From positions 1 through 58,270 of the forward strand of contig CAYYSO010000001.1 of assembly GCA_964474415.1 (NCBI GenBank): a stretch of DNA of 58,270 bases, given 5' to 3'. The stretch is from an uncultured Methylomarinum sp. (GTDB taxonomy: Bacteria > Pseudomonadota > Gammaproteobacteria > Methylococcales > Methylomonadaceae). Numbering within the stretch: the stretch's first letter is position 1; every line of letters begins with the position of its first letter. The position numbers were made by a program, and so were the translations under genes. Below the pieces are notes generated by a model. That model made no database searches and was not told the origin of the DNA. It worked only from the letters and a program-made list of their open reading frames with translations. Below are positions 10,780-21,500 of this stretch, one piece after another.

Positions 10780-12975
10780 TCAATTTTGATTGTGGACAAG
10801 ACCTGACCACACCCCCTCACGTGGCTCCCTATTTTCAGTATTCTCACCACGAATCCAATGAGCAAATAAAGCATCAATAGTACCATCGGTTTGCTTTAAT
10901 TTAATCCAGGTACTAATAAAATGTTCCAGCATCAGATCTTTTCCACCTACTGCAATCACTAACGGCGCCCCCTGTCGATCGGCAAAAGGGGTGACCACAA
11001 CATAATCGGGATTAAGTAAAGTCCAGGCCGATCCGCCCTCTGCCGTGGTCAACAAAACCTGGTCACGAAATTCAGAACGATTATCAAAAAAATCAGCCTC
11101 TGAATCTAACTCGGTCACTTTAAAATTTGGAAAAAGGCCATTTATTCGCGATGAGAAATTACTCTCTTTACGTACTCCCGCATGTATATTTCTTATTTTA
11201 CGAATCGTTTTAATATCACTGAAGCGGTTACGTTGATGGTCAGGGACAACCAAAGCCAAATGCGTATCAAGATAACTGACACTGTATAAAATACGCGTTG
11301 ATGCAAGCAACCCCGTATTAGGCGTAATTCCTGAAACGGCAATATCAAAATGATCTGCTTCCAGTTGCTGCAACAAATATTCATTTTCATAGGGTATGAA
11401 TTCAACTGCAACTTGTAAGTCTTTGGCCAAATCCATCACTAGGTCAATATCAAACCCGACCAGATTCCTGTTAGTATTGTAAAATGAAAAAGGTAAGCTG
11501 TCTTCATGAACGCCAACTCTGATAATACCGCGTTGGCGAATTCGATCAATCAAGTGTTGTCCCGGTTTTAACGTGACCGGGTTGGGCTGACTGAGACTTG
11601 AAACCGTGTAAGGGATACCATCATTTAACAATTCCATTTGCAATATTTGAACAGTGGGAATACCAAAATTGTGTTGTCGCTCAAAAAAAGCACGAATTGC
11701 CAGACTAACACCAAAAAGCATTAATAGACAAATCAGTCCGTTACGAACCAACAACCGCCATTTTATTTTAAATGTGCCGTTCATCAAAGCTGTTGTCAGA
11801 ATAGTAAAGGTCATTAAATGCATTGCGCCGGCAACATCGGCGAAACGTCTGCAAATTACCCCAACCGTCATAAACAAATTAAAAATATCTCCAGGCACCC
11901 GATAAAAATCAAGTAAAAACGGTATTGCTGTAATCAATTTGCCAAAACTTAAAAAAAACCCTATCGCAAGCATTTTAGGATATTCAAAGAAATCCAATGG
12001 TCGGTCATAAAACCAGGCGGCAAACGCTATAAATACAAAACTCAACAGCTTACCTATGTCAGGAAAGGGATAGGCCAACGGCAGCACCAGATTTGGTATG
12101 CGGGCATGTTCCGCAGCGGATGCTGCATGTGTCTGAAACAAACGGGTAACCCCTCTGATCAACAATGGAATAACCACAAACACGCTGCCGATCACAAAAA
12201 CTGTCAACAAGGCATTTCTTGATTCGCGAAAAATTTGCCGGTAACTGAACGGCGTACAACTCACAATCAGTAACGGCATAATCACCAGAGTGACCAATGT
12301 AACCGAACCAATTAACATAAGTACATATACCTGTACTTGTTCGAATTGTTCCAAAGTTAACGTAGCAGATGCACTGGCTGCGATGCCAAACACGCCTACC
12401 GGTGTCAACATGACCACAAAGCTGTTCACTCGCAACAAAATTTTTGCAATATGATCGCAATGACCCAATAATGAGTCATGTTCCTTGTAACCTATGCAGG
12501 CGGCGCCAAACATCATGCTGAACAGCACTATTGCCGGTACTGCATTTTTGGTGAGCGCCAAAAAAGGATTCGCAGGAATAAATAATTGTAGAAAATCAAT
12601 TTTTGGCGTATCTTCAACCAATAAGGAACTAAAAAAAGAACCACTGTTAAGTTTTGGTAAAGCAATTGACATGACCCAGACACTTAGCATGCCAATTAAC
12701 CACAAAACCAACAAAACCAACAGCCCTTGCCGGGTAAGCAAACGCGCTTCAAAAAGGTTGAGACGACCAATATTGGCAATCAAGGCAAACATAATATATG
12801 GCAGGACGGTCATTTGCAGCAGGCCGATATAAATATCACCCAAAATCTGCAATTTTGCCGCATATTCGCCAATCAGCAAACCAAAAGCAACCCCTAATAT
12901 CAGACTGCCAATGATATATAAGGTAAACCCCACATTATTGTTATGAAGCTCTATTTTAATGAATTTTTCGATCAT
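10780..12975 (-). CDS. Dicarboxylate/amino-acid:cation symporter (DAACS) fused to a family-3 substrate-binding domain
   Basis: ~430-aa multi-TM N-terminal part (FIPANPF, TPVGVFGI), then LIDRIRQRGIIRVG, PFSFYN, GFDIDL, FDIAVSG. Confidence 0.85.
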   Translation of the reverse strand: MIEKFIKIELHNNNVGFTLYIIGSLILGVAFGLLIGEYAAKLQILGDIYIGLLQMTVLPYIMFALIANIGRLNLFEARLLTRQGLLVLLVLWLIGMLSVWVMSIALPKLNSGSFFSSLLVEDTPKIDFLQLFIPANPFLALTKNAVPAIVLFSMMFGAACIGYKEHDSLLGHCDHIAKILLRVNSFVVMLTPVGVFGIAASASATLTLEQFEQVQVYVLMLIGSVTLVTLVIMPLLIVSCTPFSYRQIFRESRNALLTVFVIGSVFVVIPLLIRGVTRLFQTHAASAAEHARIPNLVLPLAYPFPDIGKLLSFVFIAFAAWFYDRPLDFFEYPKMLAIGFFLSFGKLITAIPFLLDFYRVPGDIFNLFMTVGVICRRFADVAGAMHLMTFTILTTALMNGTFKIKWRLLVRNGLICLLMLFGVSLAIRAFFERQHNFGIPTVQILQMELLNDGIPYTVSSLSQPNPVTLKPGQHLIDRIRQRGIIRVGVHEDSLPFSFYNTNRNLVGFDIDLVMDLAKDLQVAVEFIPYENEYLLQQLEADHFDIAVSGITPNTGLLASTRILYSVSYLDTHLALVVPDHQRNRFSDIKTIRKIRNIHAGVRKESNFSSRINGLFPNFKVTELDSEADFFDNRSEFRDQVLLTTAEGGSAWTLLNPDYVVVTPFADRQGAPLVIAVGGKDLMLEHFISTWIKLKQTDGTIDALFAHWIRGENTENREPREGVWSGLVHNQN

Positions 12976-13338
12976 GGAATGTTTGGCAGTTTACGTATGC
13001 TGATTGGTAGGAAGTATACAAAGATCACAGGCAATTTACCTATGGGAGCATTAATATTTACATTCTCGCATCAATTATCCAGGTACTGACAGGACATGGA
13101 ATCAATCAATTTAGTTTAGTAAGTTCATGAGGCTATTGCGCAATCCGCTCAATTATACACAGCGCATCATTTTTCAATATCGCTTCTGATCATGAAAAGT
13201 TACAACAAAATTACTTGAATTCACTACAGCCATGTGGTTTATGTATACACACATCCTGATTAATCAACAATCTATAGCCTTGTCGCTAAATACATTGAAT
13301 ACTTACTCTAAAGTTATATATTTATCTGGAGAAATAAT

Positions 13339-14196
13339 ATGAAAGCAGGATTTATTGGCCTCGGTGCAATGGGTCTGGGGATGGCTCGTAATGTGGCCAA
13401 GTCTGGGTTACTGGCGACAGTCTATAATCGGACTGCCGGCAGGGCAAAAAACCTGACTGCTGAATTCAATATCAGAGAATGCTCTTCTCCTGAAGATCTG
13501 GCAACACAAGTAGATGTGATATTGATCTGTGTGTCAGCTGATGAAGATGTGCTGCAGATGGTGAATGCAATTGTAACATCTATCAGGCCTGGTGCTGTCG
13601 TTGTCGATATGTCTACCATCAGCAGTGCTACAGCCTGCAAAGCCAAAGCCATCCTAGCGAAAAGACAGGCTGTATTTCTGGATGCGCCGGTTTCAGGCGG
13701 TATAGAAGGAGCCAATAAAGGCACCTTAGTCATGATGGTGGGCGGCGAACAGCAGGCGTTGGAAACAGTTCGCCCAGTGCTGGAAACAATGTCAGCCCGA
13801 ATAATACATATGGGAGACAGCGGCTCGGGTCAGGCGACTAAGGCGGTCAACCAGATCATGGCGGCCGGTATCAATCAAGCTGTTACCGAAGCTTTGGCTT
13901 TCGGACAGGCGCAAGGATTGGCGATGGACAAAGTTATTGAGGTAATTTCCGGCGGAGCGGCCGGTAACTGGTTTTTACAACATCGAGGCCAGACTATGAC
14001 AAAAAATACTTTTACCCCGGGTTTCAAAGTCACTCTGCATCACAAGGATTTGAAAATTTGCCGGGAAATGGCTGACCAATGCGGTGTATTATCGGTATTA
14101 ACCGATATGACTCTGAAAGATTATGAAAAACTGATGGCGGAAGGCCATGGTGATGAGGATATTTCCGCCTTGTATCGGTTGAAAAGAAAGGAATAA
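13339..14196 (+). CDS. NAD(P)-dependent oxidoreductase, 3-hydroxyisobutyrate/tartronate semialdehyde reductase family
   Basis: GFIGLGAMG, FLDAPVSGG, TKAVNQ. Confidence 0.9.
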   Translation: MKAGFIGLGAMGLGMARNVAKSGLLATVYNRTAGRAKNLTAEFNIRECSSPEDLATQVDVILICVSADEDVLQMVNAIVTSIRPGAVVVDMSTISSATACKAKAILAKRQAVFLDAPVSGGIEGANKGTLVMMVGGEQQALETVRPVLETMSARIIHMGDSGSGQATKAVNQIMAAGINQAVTEALAFGQAQGLAMDKVIEVISGGAAGNWFLQHRGQTMTKNTFTPGFKVTLHHKDLKICREMADQCGVLSVLTDMTLKDYEKLMAEGHGDEDISALYRLKRKE

Positions 14197-14378
14197 CCGC
14201 TGATTTATAAAAATTGCAAATGTGTTGAAACACAAATTTGATATCCCGTACAAGATCAAATCGCAATCTAATGAAACGCTGACTGTCTGTATTCGCTCAT
14301 ATATAGCTTTCTCCATCGCTGAAGTTATTTTATGCAGCTTATGTTACTATAGTAACTGTACTTCAAGGGGAATCAGAA

Positions 14379-14639
14379 TTGAAAAAACTTTTTATTGGCA
14401 ATTTATCCGCCAACACTAGCGACAACGACCTTCAAACTCTATTTTCCGAATTCGGTACTGTGCGTTCATGTAACCTTGTGACGGATATTTTTTCCGGTCA
14501 ATGCAAGGGGTTTGGCTTTATTGAAATGGAAGGACATGAGGCTCGCGCGGCCATTGCCGGACTGAATGGCAAAGACTTTAACGGCAAGCCATTAAGAGTT
14601 GGTTTTGAGTCTCCCAAAGCCGGTCGTCGGGGCCGTTAA
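14379..14639 (+). CDS. RRM (RNP-1) RNA-binding protein
   Basis: KLFIGNL (RNP2), KGFGFIEM (RNP1); TTG start. Confidence 0.92.
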   Translation: MKKLFIGNLSANTSDNDLQTLFSEFGTVRSCNLVTDIFSGQCKGFGFIEMEGHEARAAIAGLNGKDFNGKPLRVGFESPKAGRRGR

Positions 14640-14739
14640 AAATCACCCCGGAATAACAGACGGGAGCCGGCACTTCTCCGGCTTCACTGTCTTTCACCCA
14701 AGCCATCCATCACCCATTCCGGGGGATACAGTACAATGA

Positions 14740-15225
14740 TTATTTACCACAACAACGCTTGAACTTATTGCCACTGCCGCATGAACAAGGTGCATTTTTG
14801 CCTTGATTAGTTTGTTGCCCCACTTTACCGATAGACTTGACAACACCATCCAGATACAACCATTTATTCTCCTTTTTTATAAAACGACTGATTTCGTTCA
14901 TAACATATTCATCACCGTTCAGAGTGTAATAGGCTCTAAATTCGACAATACCTTTACGGTCTTTTTCACTGCCCTTTTTTTTGCTGATAATATTCAGACT
15001 GATCCATTCAACATCACCTTCTTTTGAGAAATCCACCGAATCCGGACGCTTGTTGTTGTCCCAGGTTTCCAATAAATAAATTTCATTTTGCATCGCATAG
15101 GCAGTAAAGCGCGAACGCATCAGCGCTTCGGCCGTAGGCGCAGTTTTTGTTCCTGAATGAAACACTGCACAACAATCAGCTTGATTAATTTCTGAGCCGC
15201 AAAGGCATAAAGTACTGTCAGACAT
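14740..15225 (-). CDS. ychJ: YchJ-family protein with SEC-C motifs
   Basis: CLCGS, TAEALMRSRFTAY, C-terminal NAPCSCGSGNKFKRCC. Confidence 0.9.
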   Translation of the reverse strand: MSDSTLCLCGSEINQADCCAVFHSGTKTAPTAEALMRSRFTAYAMQNEIYLLETWDNNKRPDSVDFSKEGDVEWISLNIISKKKGSEKDRKGIVEFRAYYTLNGDEYVMNEISRFIKKENKWLYLDGVVKSIGKVGQQTNQGKNAPCSCGSGNKFKRCCGK

Positions 15226-15394
15226 TTGTTATAAAGAAGTTATTTGCCAGCTGACAAGTTTAACCCAACAATAATGTGTCGACTATATACAATCGCAAAA
15301 AACAGAGCCGGTTAAGATACAAAGCATATCTTTTGCAATTGGAGAAGTCTATTGATAAATCACGGCTCTGCCAGTATAAAATGAATTTCCTTCC

Positions 15395-15650
15395 GGGTAC
15401 TTCTAATACTTTTCATATCCAATAAAACAAATAGTGTAACTACTCAGCGTATATATGCATTTAATATCAGTTACTTACTCCAGAAGACTCCATGAATACA
15501 TCCATGTAGGCTTGAATGTGACATCCATGTCACATTCACCTCTTCCGCAAGCAACTGATATTAAATACTTTTCGTTCAATTAATGACGCTGAGTAGTTAC
15601 CAAATAGTTACGTTTTCAAAAATGGTGAATTACGCGATTTTAGAAGTCCC
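15395..15650. mobile_element. Outer MITE-like element interrupted by the inner MITE
   Basis: Ends GGGTACTTCTAA and TTAGAAGTCCC form an imperfect TIR. Confidence 0.45.
15436..15600. mobile_element. 165-bp MITE with IS66-like ends
   Basis: Perfect 15-bp TIR GTAACTACTCAGCGT/ACGCTGAGTAGTTAC; 8-bp direct repeat CAAATAGT at 15428-15435 and 15601-15608; internal second IR and hairpins. Confidence 0.88.
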
Positions 15651-15707
15651 CTTTTCTATATCCAGGCAAGCAAATGGTCACTCGAGGGAAAGCACTTAAA
15701 AGCTATT

Positions 15708-16361
15708 TTAACGGGTACCAAAAACCACGATAGTTTTACCATGTGCGGTTATCAGACCTTTATCTTGCAGTTCTTTTAACACCCTGCCCGCCATCTCTCT
15801 TGAACAACCGACGATACGCCCAATTTCCTGGCGGGTAATATGGATTTGCATGCCGTCAGGATGGGTAATGGCATCGGGTTCCCTGGCTAAATCCAGCAGC
15901 GTACGGGCTATACGGCCTTCTACGTCCATAAATGCCAGATCCTGGTATTTGCGGCTGGTTATTAATAACCTTGAAGAAATCTGCTCACCCAGCATGCTTA
16001 ATACTTCCGGAGCATAATTACGCAACTCTCTTTTTAAAGACTGATGCAATCGCTCGTAGGAAATTTCTGCTAATTGACATTGTGTGCGCGTTTTGACAGT
16101 GACAGTTCTGATTTCCGGGCCTTTAAAAACGCCGACTTCACCGATAAATTCATGTTTGTTCAGATAGGCCAGAATCAGTTCACGACCGTCTTCATCTTCA
16201 ACACTGACACTTACAGAGCCTTCCAAGATAAACAGTAATTTATCCCCTTCATCACCCGGACGAATAATGGTGACTTTGGCCGGATAACTTCGTGTATGGC
16301 AAAGTCGCAGAAATTGCTCCAGTGCCTCATTGTTGATCATGTGGTCAGTAATAAGTGGCAT
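15708..16361 (-). CDS. crp: cAMP-activated global transcriptional regulator Crp/Vfr
   Basis: cNMP domain (FIGEVG), LAFMDVEGRIARTLLDLA, THPDGMQIHITRQEIGRIVGCSREMAGRVLK. Confidence 0.95.
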   Translation of the reverse strand: MPLITDHMINNEALEQFLRLCHTRSYPAKVTIIRPGDEGDKLLFILEGSVSVSVEDEDGRELILAYLNKHEFIGEVGVFKGPEIRTVTVKTRTQCQLAEISYERLHQSLKRELRNYAPEVLSMLGEQISSRLLITSRKYQDLAFMDVEGRIARTLLDLAREPDAITHPDGMQIHITRQEIGRIVGCSREMAGRVLKELQDKGLITAHGKTIVVFGTR

Positions 16362-16540
16362 AGTAGTAGTATTTTTTATTTTTATGGTTAACCAGAAACA
16401 GCTGCCTGGGTTACTGGTCTCGTATTGTTTTCATAGAATTCAAGTTCAGTCACAAGTCTTACATTGCAGGATTTTTAGGAAAAAATCAATATAATCTGTG
16501 AACTCGTTGTAAAATTCACATTTTTTCTGAGAGAAACTTA

Positions 16541-16957
16541 ATGGAAGCAAAAATTAAATGGGTCGATGGTCGTATGTTTATCGGTGAAGCGGGTAGTGGC
16601 CACACGGTTGTAATGGACGGCCCCCCAGATCATGGCGGTAGAAATATGGGCATTCGACCTATGGAGATGATTTTGCTGGGTCTGGGTGGCTGTTCGTCGT
16701 TTGATGTTGTTGAAATTTTACAAAAAGGTCGACACAGCATTATTGATTGTACTACTGAACTATCTGGGGAGCGGGTTGATGCGATACCCAGTGTATTCAG
16801 CAAAATTCATCTACACTTTAAAGTGGTCGGCAAAAACCTGAAAGTATCAGCAGTAGAGCGAGCAGTGAAATTGTCCTCTGAAAAATATTGCTCTGCCGCC
16901 ATTATGCTAAGCAAAGCGGTAGAAATTACCCATAGTTTTGAAGTCATTGAAGACTAA
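16541..16957 (+). CDS. yhfA: OsmC-family protein YhfA
   Basis: RPMEMILLGLGGCSSFDV, SSEKYCS; divergent from crp, the usual gammaproteobacterial arrangement. Confidence 0.88.
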   Translation: MEAKIKWVDGRMFIGEAGSGHTVVMDGPPDHGGRNMGIRPMEMILLGLGGCSSFDVVEILQKGRHSIIDCTTELSGERVDAIPSVFSKIHLHFKVVGKNLKVSAVERAVKLSSEKYCSAAIMLSKAVEITHSFEVIED

Positions 16958-17039
16958 TACTCTTAAGTACAGGGCAACTCCACTGTTTCGACAGCCTGGC
17001 AAAGTACTTTTACGGTAAATTTGTATCTGGAAAATTTTT

Positions 17040-17168
17040 TATGCTCACGCCCTTTTCAGCTTCTCTGTAGCTATTAGCGAAAAACGCGCCTGAAATGTCG
17101 AAGGCGTTTCAGGCGCGTTCCAGCCTGAACAGAAAGCCGAAAGCCAGGGCCGAGTGGAGTATGGATAA
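17040..17168. repeat. Long imperfect palindrome
   Basis: Perfect 13-bp core AACGCGCCTGAAA (17083-17095)/TTTCAGGCGCGTT (17107-17119) with further imperfect pairing outward. Confidence 0.6.
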
Positions 17169-17193
17169 CAATAAGCCAGGAGACTCTGAAATC

Positions 17194-18510
17194 ATGAGAT
17201 TTTTTGATGCGCTCAAGCAACAGCTAAGCAGTAAAACTGTCAGACAGCAGACAGACAATAAAAACTCTGACAGTAAAATCATTACGGATAGTGAGACTTA
17301 TCATGGTCCCCTATCGGAATTAAAACAATTCGTTCCGATTGGATCATTAGCCGAAGAACAATTGCAAGGACTGAATATTTTTGTAACTACCTATACGCCG
17401 GGTTCAATTCTATTCAATCGCGGTGAAATGGCTCATTCGCTGATTTATTTATTATCCGGTGAAGTCTATCTGGAAACTGCGGGGAATCAGAACTTTGATG
17501 TTCAAGCAGGAACTTTTCAATCATTATATCCGTTATCCGGTGGAGACTACTGGAATGCGACTGCGATTGCCAGGAAAAACTCTGTCATTATTACCGTTCC
17601 TATGGAGGCAATGGATTTATATCGTAAAAGTTTAAATATCAATCCGCAACGGCTATTGAATTTACCGGAACAATATCAAAATAATACATTGTTAACACGC
17701 TTTATCTCAGCCGACAATCTGCAAATGCCAACCTTGCCGGATGTGGCGATTAAACTGAGGCAAGCTATGCAAAAGGATGTCGGTGTTGCCGAGGTAGTAA
17801 AGATTGTGACGCTGGACCCTGCTATTTCCGCTAAATTGATTCAGATTGCCAACAGCCCTGTTTATCGGGCATCACAGCCTATTACTACCTGCCATAACGC
17901 GATCACCCGAATTGGTCTGCGCAGTACTAAAAACATTGTGACCAGTATCAGTTTACGTAGTTTATATAAAAATAAACGCAGAGAACTGGATATACTGGCG
18001 CAAAATTTCTGGAAACAAAGCATCCGTATTTCGGCGTTAAGCTATACTCTGGCAAAACTGACTCATTGCGGTGATCCGGAAGAAGCCTTGCTGGCCGGAC
18101 TGATCAGCAATATCGGCGTGGTTCCGTTTCTTAAATATGCCGATGTTCAAGTGAATGAAAATTATCATCTTGATGAGGTTAAAAAAGCCATCCCTTTTGT
18201 AACAGGAGCGCTAAGCGCCTTGATTCTGGATAAATGGAATTTTCCGGATAATATGAAGAATATCCCTTTAACGACCAAAAACTGGTATCTGGTTGAAAGT
18301 GAAAAAAAGGCGAATTTAAGCGATATTGTTTTATTGGCCAAATATCACAGCTATATTGGCACCGATGCAATGAACAAGTTGCCGCTAATTACCTCTCTAC
18401 CCAGCTATGCCTATATCAAAAATGGTGAATTATCACCCGATAAGTCGTTAAAAATATTGCACGATGCCAAGCAGCAAATCAGCGATGCCATGCATTTTTT
18501 TAATTCCTGA
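17194..18510 (+). CDS. cNMP-binding domain plus HDOD domain protein
   Basis: LFNRGE..LIYLLSGEV cNMP-like region; MPTLPDVA, DPAISAKLIQIANS, AITRIG, LLAGLISNIG HDOD motifs; ATG 17194 after AGGAG. Confidence 0.85.
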   Translation: MRFFDALKQQLSSKTVRQQTDNKNSDSKIITDSETYHGPLSELKQFVPIGSLAEEQLQGLNIFVTTYTPGSILFNRGEMAHSLIYLLSGEVYLETAGNQNFDVQAGTFQSLYPLSGGDYWNATAIARKNSVIITVPMEAMDLYRKSLNINPQRLLNLPEQYQNNTLLTRFISADNLQMPTLPDVAIKLRQAMQKDVGVAEVVKIVTLDPAISAKLIQIANSPVYRASQPITTCHNAITRIGLRSTKNIVTSISLRSLYKNKRRELDILAQNFWKQSIRISALSYTLAKLTHCGDPEEALLAGLISNIGVVPFLKYADVQVNENYHLDEVKKAIPFVTGALSALILDKWNFPDNMKNIPLTTKNWYLVESEKKANLSDIVLLAKYHSYIGTDAMNKLPLITSLPSYAYIKNGELSPDKSLKILHDAKQQISDAMHFFNS

Positions 18511-21500
18511 AGAATAATTCCGAGAGCATTTCAATACGGCTCAGTTGCGGGCGGTCGGAATAAATACCGGATTCAGGGGTGTCCGCCGACATTCCTCGTA
18601 AGAACAGGTACTTTATCCCCCCAAAATGGCTTTCATAGTCATATTCGGGCAAGCGTTTTTGTAGATACTGATGCAATACCAGGGTGTAAATCCAGTATTG
18701 CAAACCGTAATTGTGTTCGCGCATAGCATCCGTCAAGCTGTGTTGTTGATAATTATTCAAACTGTTGGATTTATAATCCATCACATAATATTGACCTTCA
18801 TATTGGCAAATCAGATCGATAAATCCGGTTAAATAACCGCACATCTGTCGGCTTGATAGCGGCTGATAGGCAGGACAGTCCTGCAATATACTGTTAATCC
18901 GGGCGACATCCAGCATTTGCATAGACAGATAAAACGGCATTTCTTTCAGACAATGTTGATCGGGAATATTGGCTAAATAAAACCCCGGATCATTCGTCAG
19001 AGAAGTGTTGACCACAGCTTGCAGCAGTTGATCAATGAGTTCCGGTTCTTCAATATTCAAACCATAGCGCAGGCAGGCTTTGTCTCGTTGCACACTGATA
19101 TCATAGCCTGCTGCGATGGCGCTGAAACTAAGGTCTTCCAATAAATCGTGCAGTACATTACCCGTATGGGCACCTTTTGGCAATTGTTCGTAGTCAGGTG
19201 TTACAGCATTAAAAATTTGAGGTTCATCGGCTTTGTCTTCAGGCAATTCCGGAGCATCATGCAGACTGAGAGCCGACAGCGCGGTATAACTGCTCATTTG
19301 CCAGTAGGTAAACAAACTTCGGGTTCTCTGGCGGACACTGAACTGAGTAGTTTCTGTCAGGGGTTGGTAACGGTTATTAGCCTCTGTTTCGGTTTTTAGC
19401 AGACGATAGGCGATACCCTTCCCAGAACTTAGAGACTGCAATTTTTTCTGCTGTCCGCTAAAATCTGTTCCAGCAAAATCCAATAAATATGCCATAGCGG
19501 AGTTATTGGCGGTTTTTTGTGTGCGCACATCCGCCCAGTTAATATAGCAACGGTATTTTGCCCGGGTAACCGCCACATAAAACAGTCTTAAATCTTCCGC
19601 CAGTTCTTCCTCAACAGCCAGTTGCCGATGTTCTTCAAACTGAGGCGAACCGAGATCGACAATCATTTCCCCCTGTTCATGACACTTGATAATGTGTTTT
19701 TCAGTTTTCAAACGGTCGCTGCATTGCCACAGACTGGGACAAAAAACCACTGGATATTCAAGTCCTTTGGCACTGTGCATGGTAATAACCTTGACGGCAT
19801 TTTCATCACTTTCCAAACGCATAACTTGCTCATCGGTACCGTGCTCATTCTGCATAGCGTTATGCAGCCAATCCAGGGTTTTGTTAATTCCCAGATGTTC
19901 ATCTATAGCCGCCTGTTGCAACAGTTCGACAAGATGATTTAGATTGGTGAGTATTCTTTCTACCTGAGGTAATCCAGCCAGATTGACTTCAACTTTTTCC
20001 TGGCGAAACAAGCGTTTCATCATGCTCATTAATCCATTTTGCAGCCATTCCTGCTGGTAACCCTGAAATCGGGAAATCCAATTATCCAGTTCCATTTCGT
20101 CATTTCCCAGTTGATACAGCTGTTGACCATCCATATTGAACCAGTTGATTGTCAACGCCTGTTTTAACAGCGGAATATGACCGGGCTGTACCAACGCCTG
20201 TAATACCGCATATAAATCACCTGCTTGCGAAGAGGCAAATACTGACTCCTTACTATTGAGTACTGCAGGAATACCGACCTTAATCAGCGCCTGTTGATAA
20301 TCTCGCGCCTGCTGATTGCTTCTTACCAATATGGCAATATCGTTCGGCAGTAACCGCTGTTCCCCTTGTCGGGTGACAATACGATAGTCCTCATTTAACA
20401 ATTGCAGAATTTCATTGATAACACCGTTACGGATGGCTGTTGCTGCTTTACCTGCGGTCCAGAACGCCTGCTTTCCAGTATTTTTATCCAGCTGCCACAA
20501 TACCAACGGGGCTAATTGTGCTCCATTTTTATAGAGACTGCCGTCTGTCGCTGACAAAGCCGGAGAAACCGCTTTGAAAGCAAGTTGCTGAAACAGAAAT
20601 GGGCGTTGTTTTTGAAACAACTGATTAACCGCTTCCACCAACTGCGGATGCGAGCGCCAGTTTTTGTCCAGGGTAAAATGGTATTGGGCCTGTTGCTGGG
20701 CGGTAAAATAAGAAAATATATCGGCGCCACGGAATTTGTAAATAGCCTGTTTAGGATCACCAATGAGATACAAGGCATGGCTGGCAGCATTAAACAGTGT
20801 GGAAAAAATAAACCACTGATTTTGGTCGGTATCCTGAAATTCATCAATTAATGCCGCCTTATATCGTTGTTGCAATTCTGTTATCAGCAAATGGCCTTTA
20901 TCCCCTTGCAGGGCCTCGGCAAGACGTTTGATGAGATCGTCAAACGATAAAACATTCAATTGTTGCAGTGTCTTATCCACCTCATCATTCAAAATCTGCA
21001 ACAATGCCCGACGAAAATTCAGATTGATTTGCTGTATAGTCGCCAATAACCGGTCGAAAGGTTCGCTATTGATAGCACAAGCCTGAAGATATTGTTTTTT
21101 TTGCTCAATACTTGATAAGGGATTTTTCTTACTAACCCTGAACTTGCTGCCATTCAATCCATTAATTAATCCTTCTGTAGTCAGCATGGAAAAACTGGGC
21201 ATAACAAGGCTTTGCCCTGTTAACCAGGCCATCATTTCATCCACGTTATCGGGCAAATTTTTAACATAGCTGGAAGCAAACTTACCCTCTTCTATTGCCT
21301 GACGTATGGCGGACAATGTGCTGTTCAATTCTTCTGAGGCTGTTTCTGTCTGTTTTTTCAGCGCTGCAAACAAACTGTCAGGATCCACATATTCAGGGAT
21401 TATCGTTTGTTGGGGATCAATAAAATCGATGCTTTGTAACAGGCTGTCCGGCGTTTGATAGTCTCGGATGAGTAACGAGACTTCCCAGGGGCTACACAAA

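Noticed and set aside
15517-15534. TGTGA...TCACA near crp as a CRP site
   Set aside because: Spacer is 8 bp rather than 6, it lies 3' of crp, and it is a hairpin of the MITE
16969-17010. ACAGGGCAA...GCAAAG as a c-di-GMP-I riboswitch
   Set aside because: No GNRA-capped P2 or matching P3/P1 pairing
17174-17188. AGCCAGGAGAC as a cobalamin riboswitch B12 box
   Set aside because: Upstream core motifs (GGGAA, GCAACTGT, GCCACTG, GGGAAG) are not present in order; AGGAG is better explained as the SD
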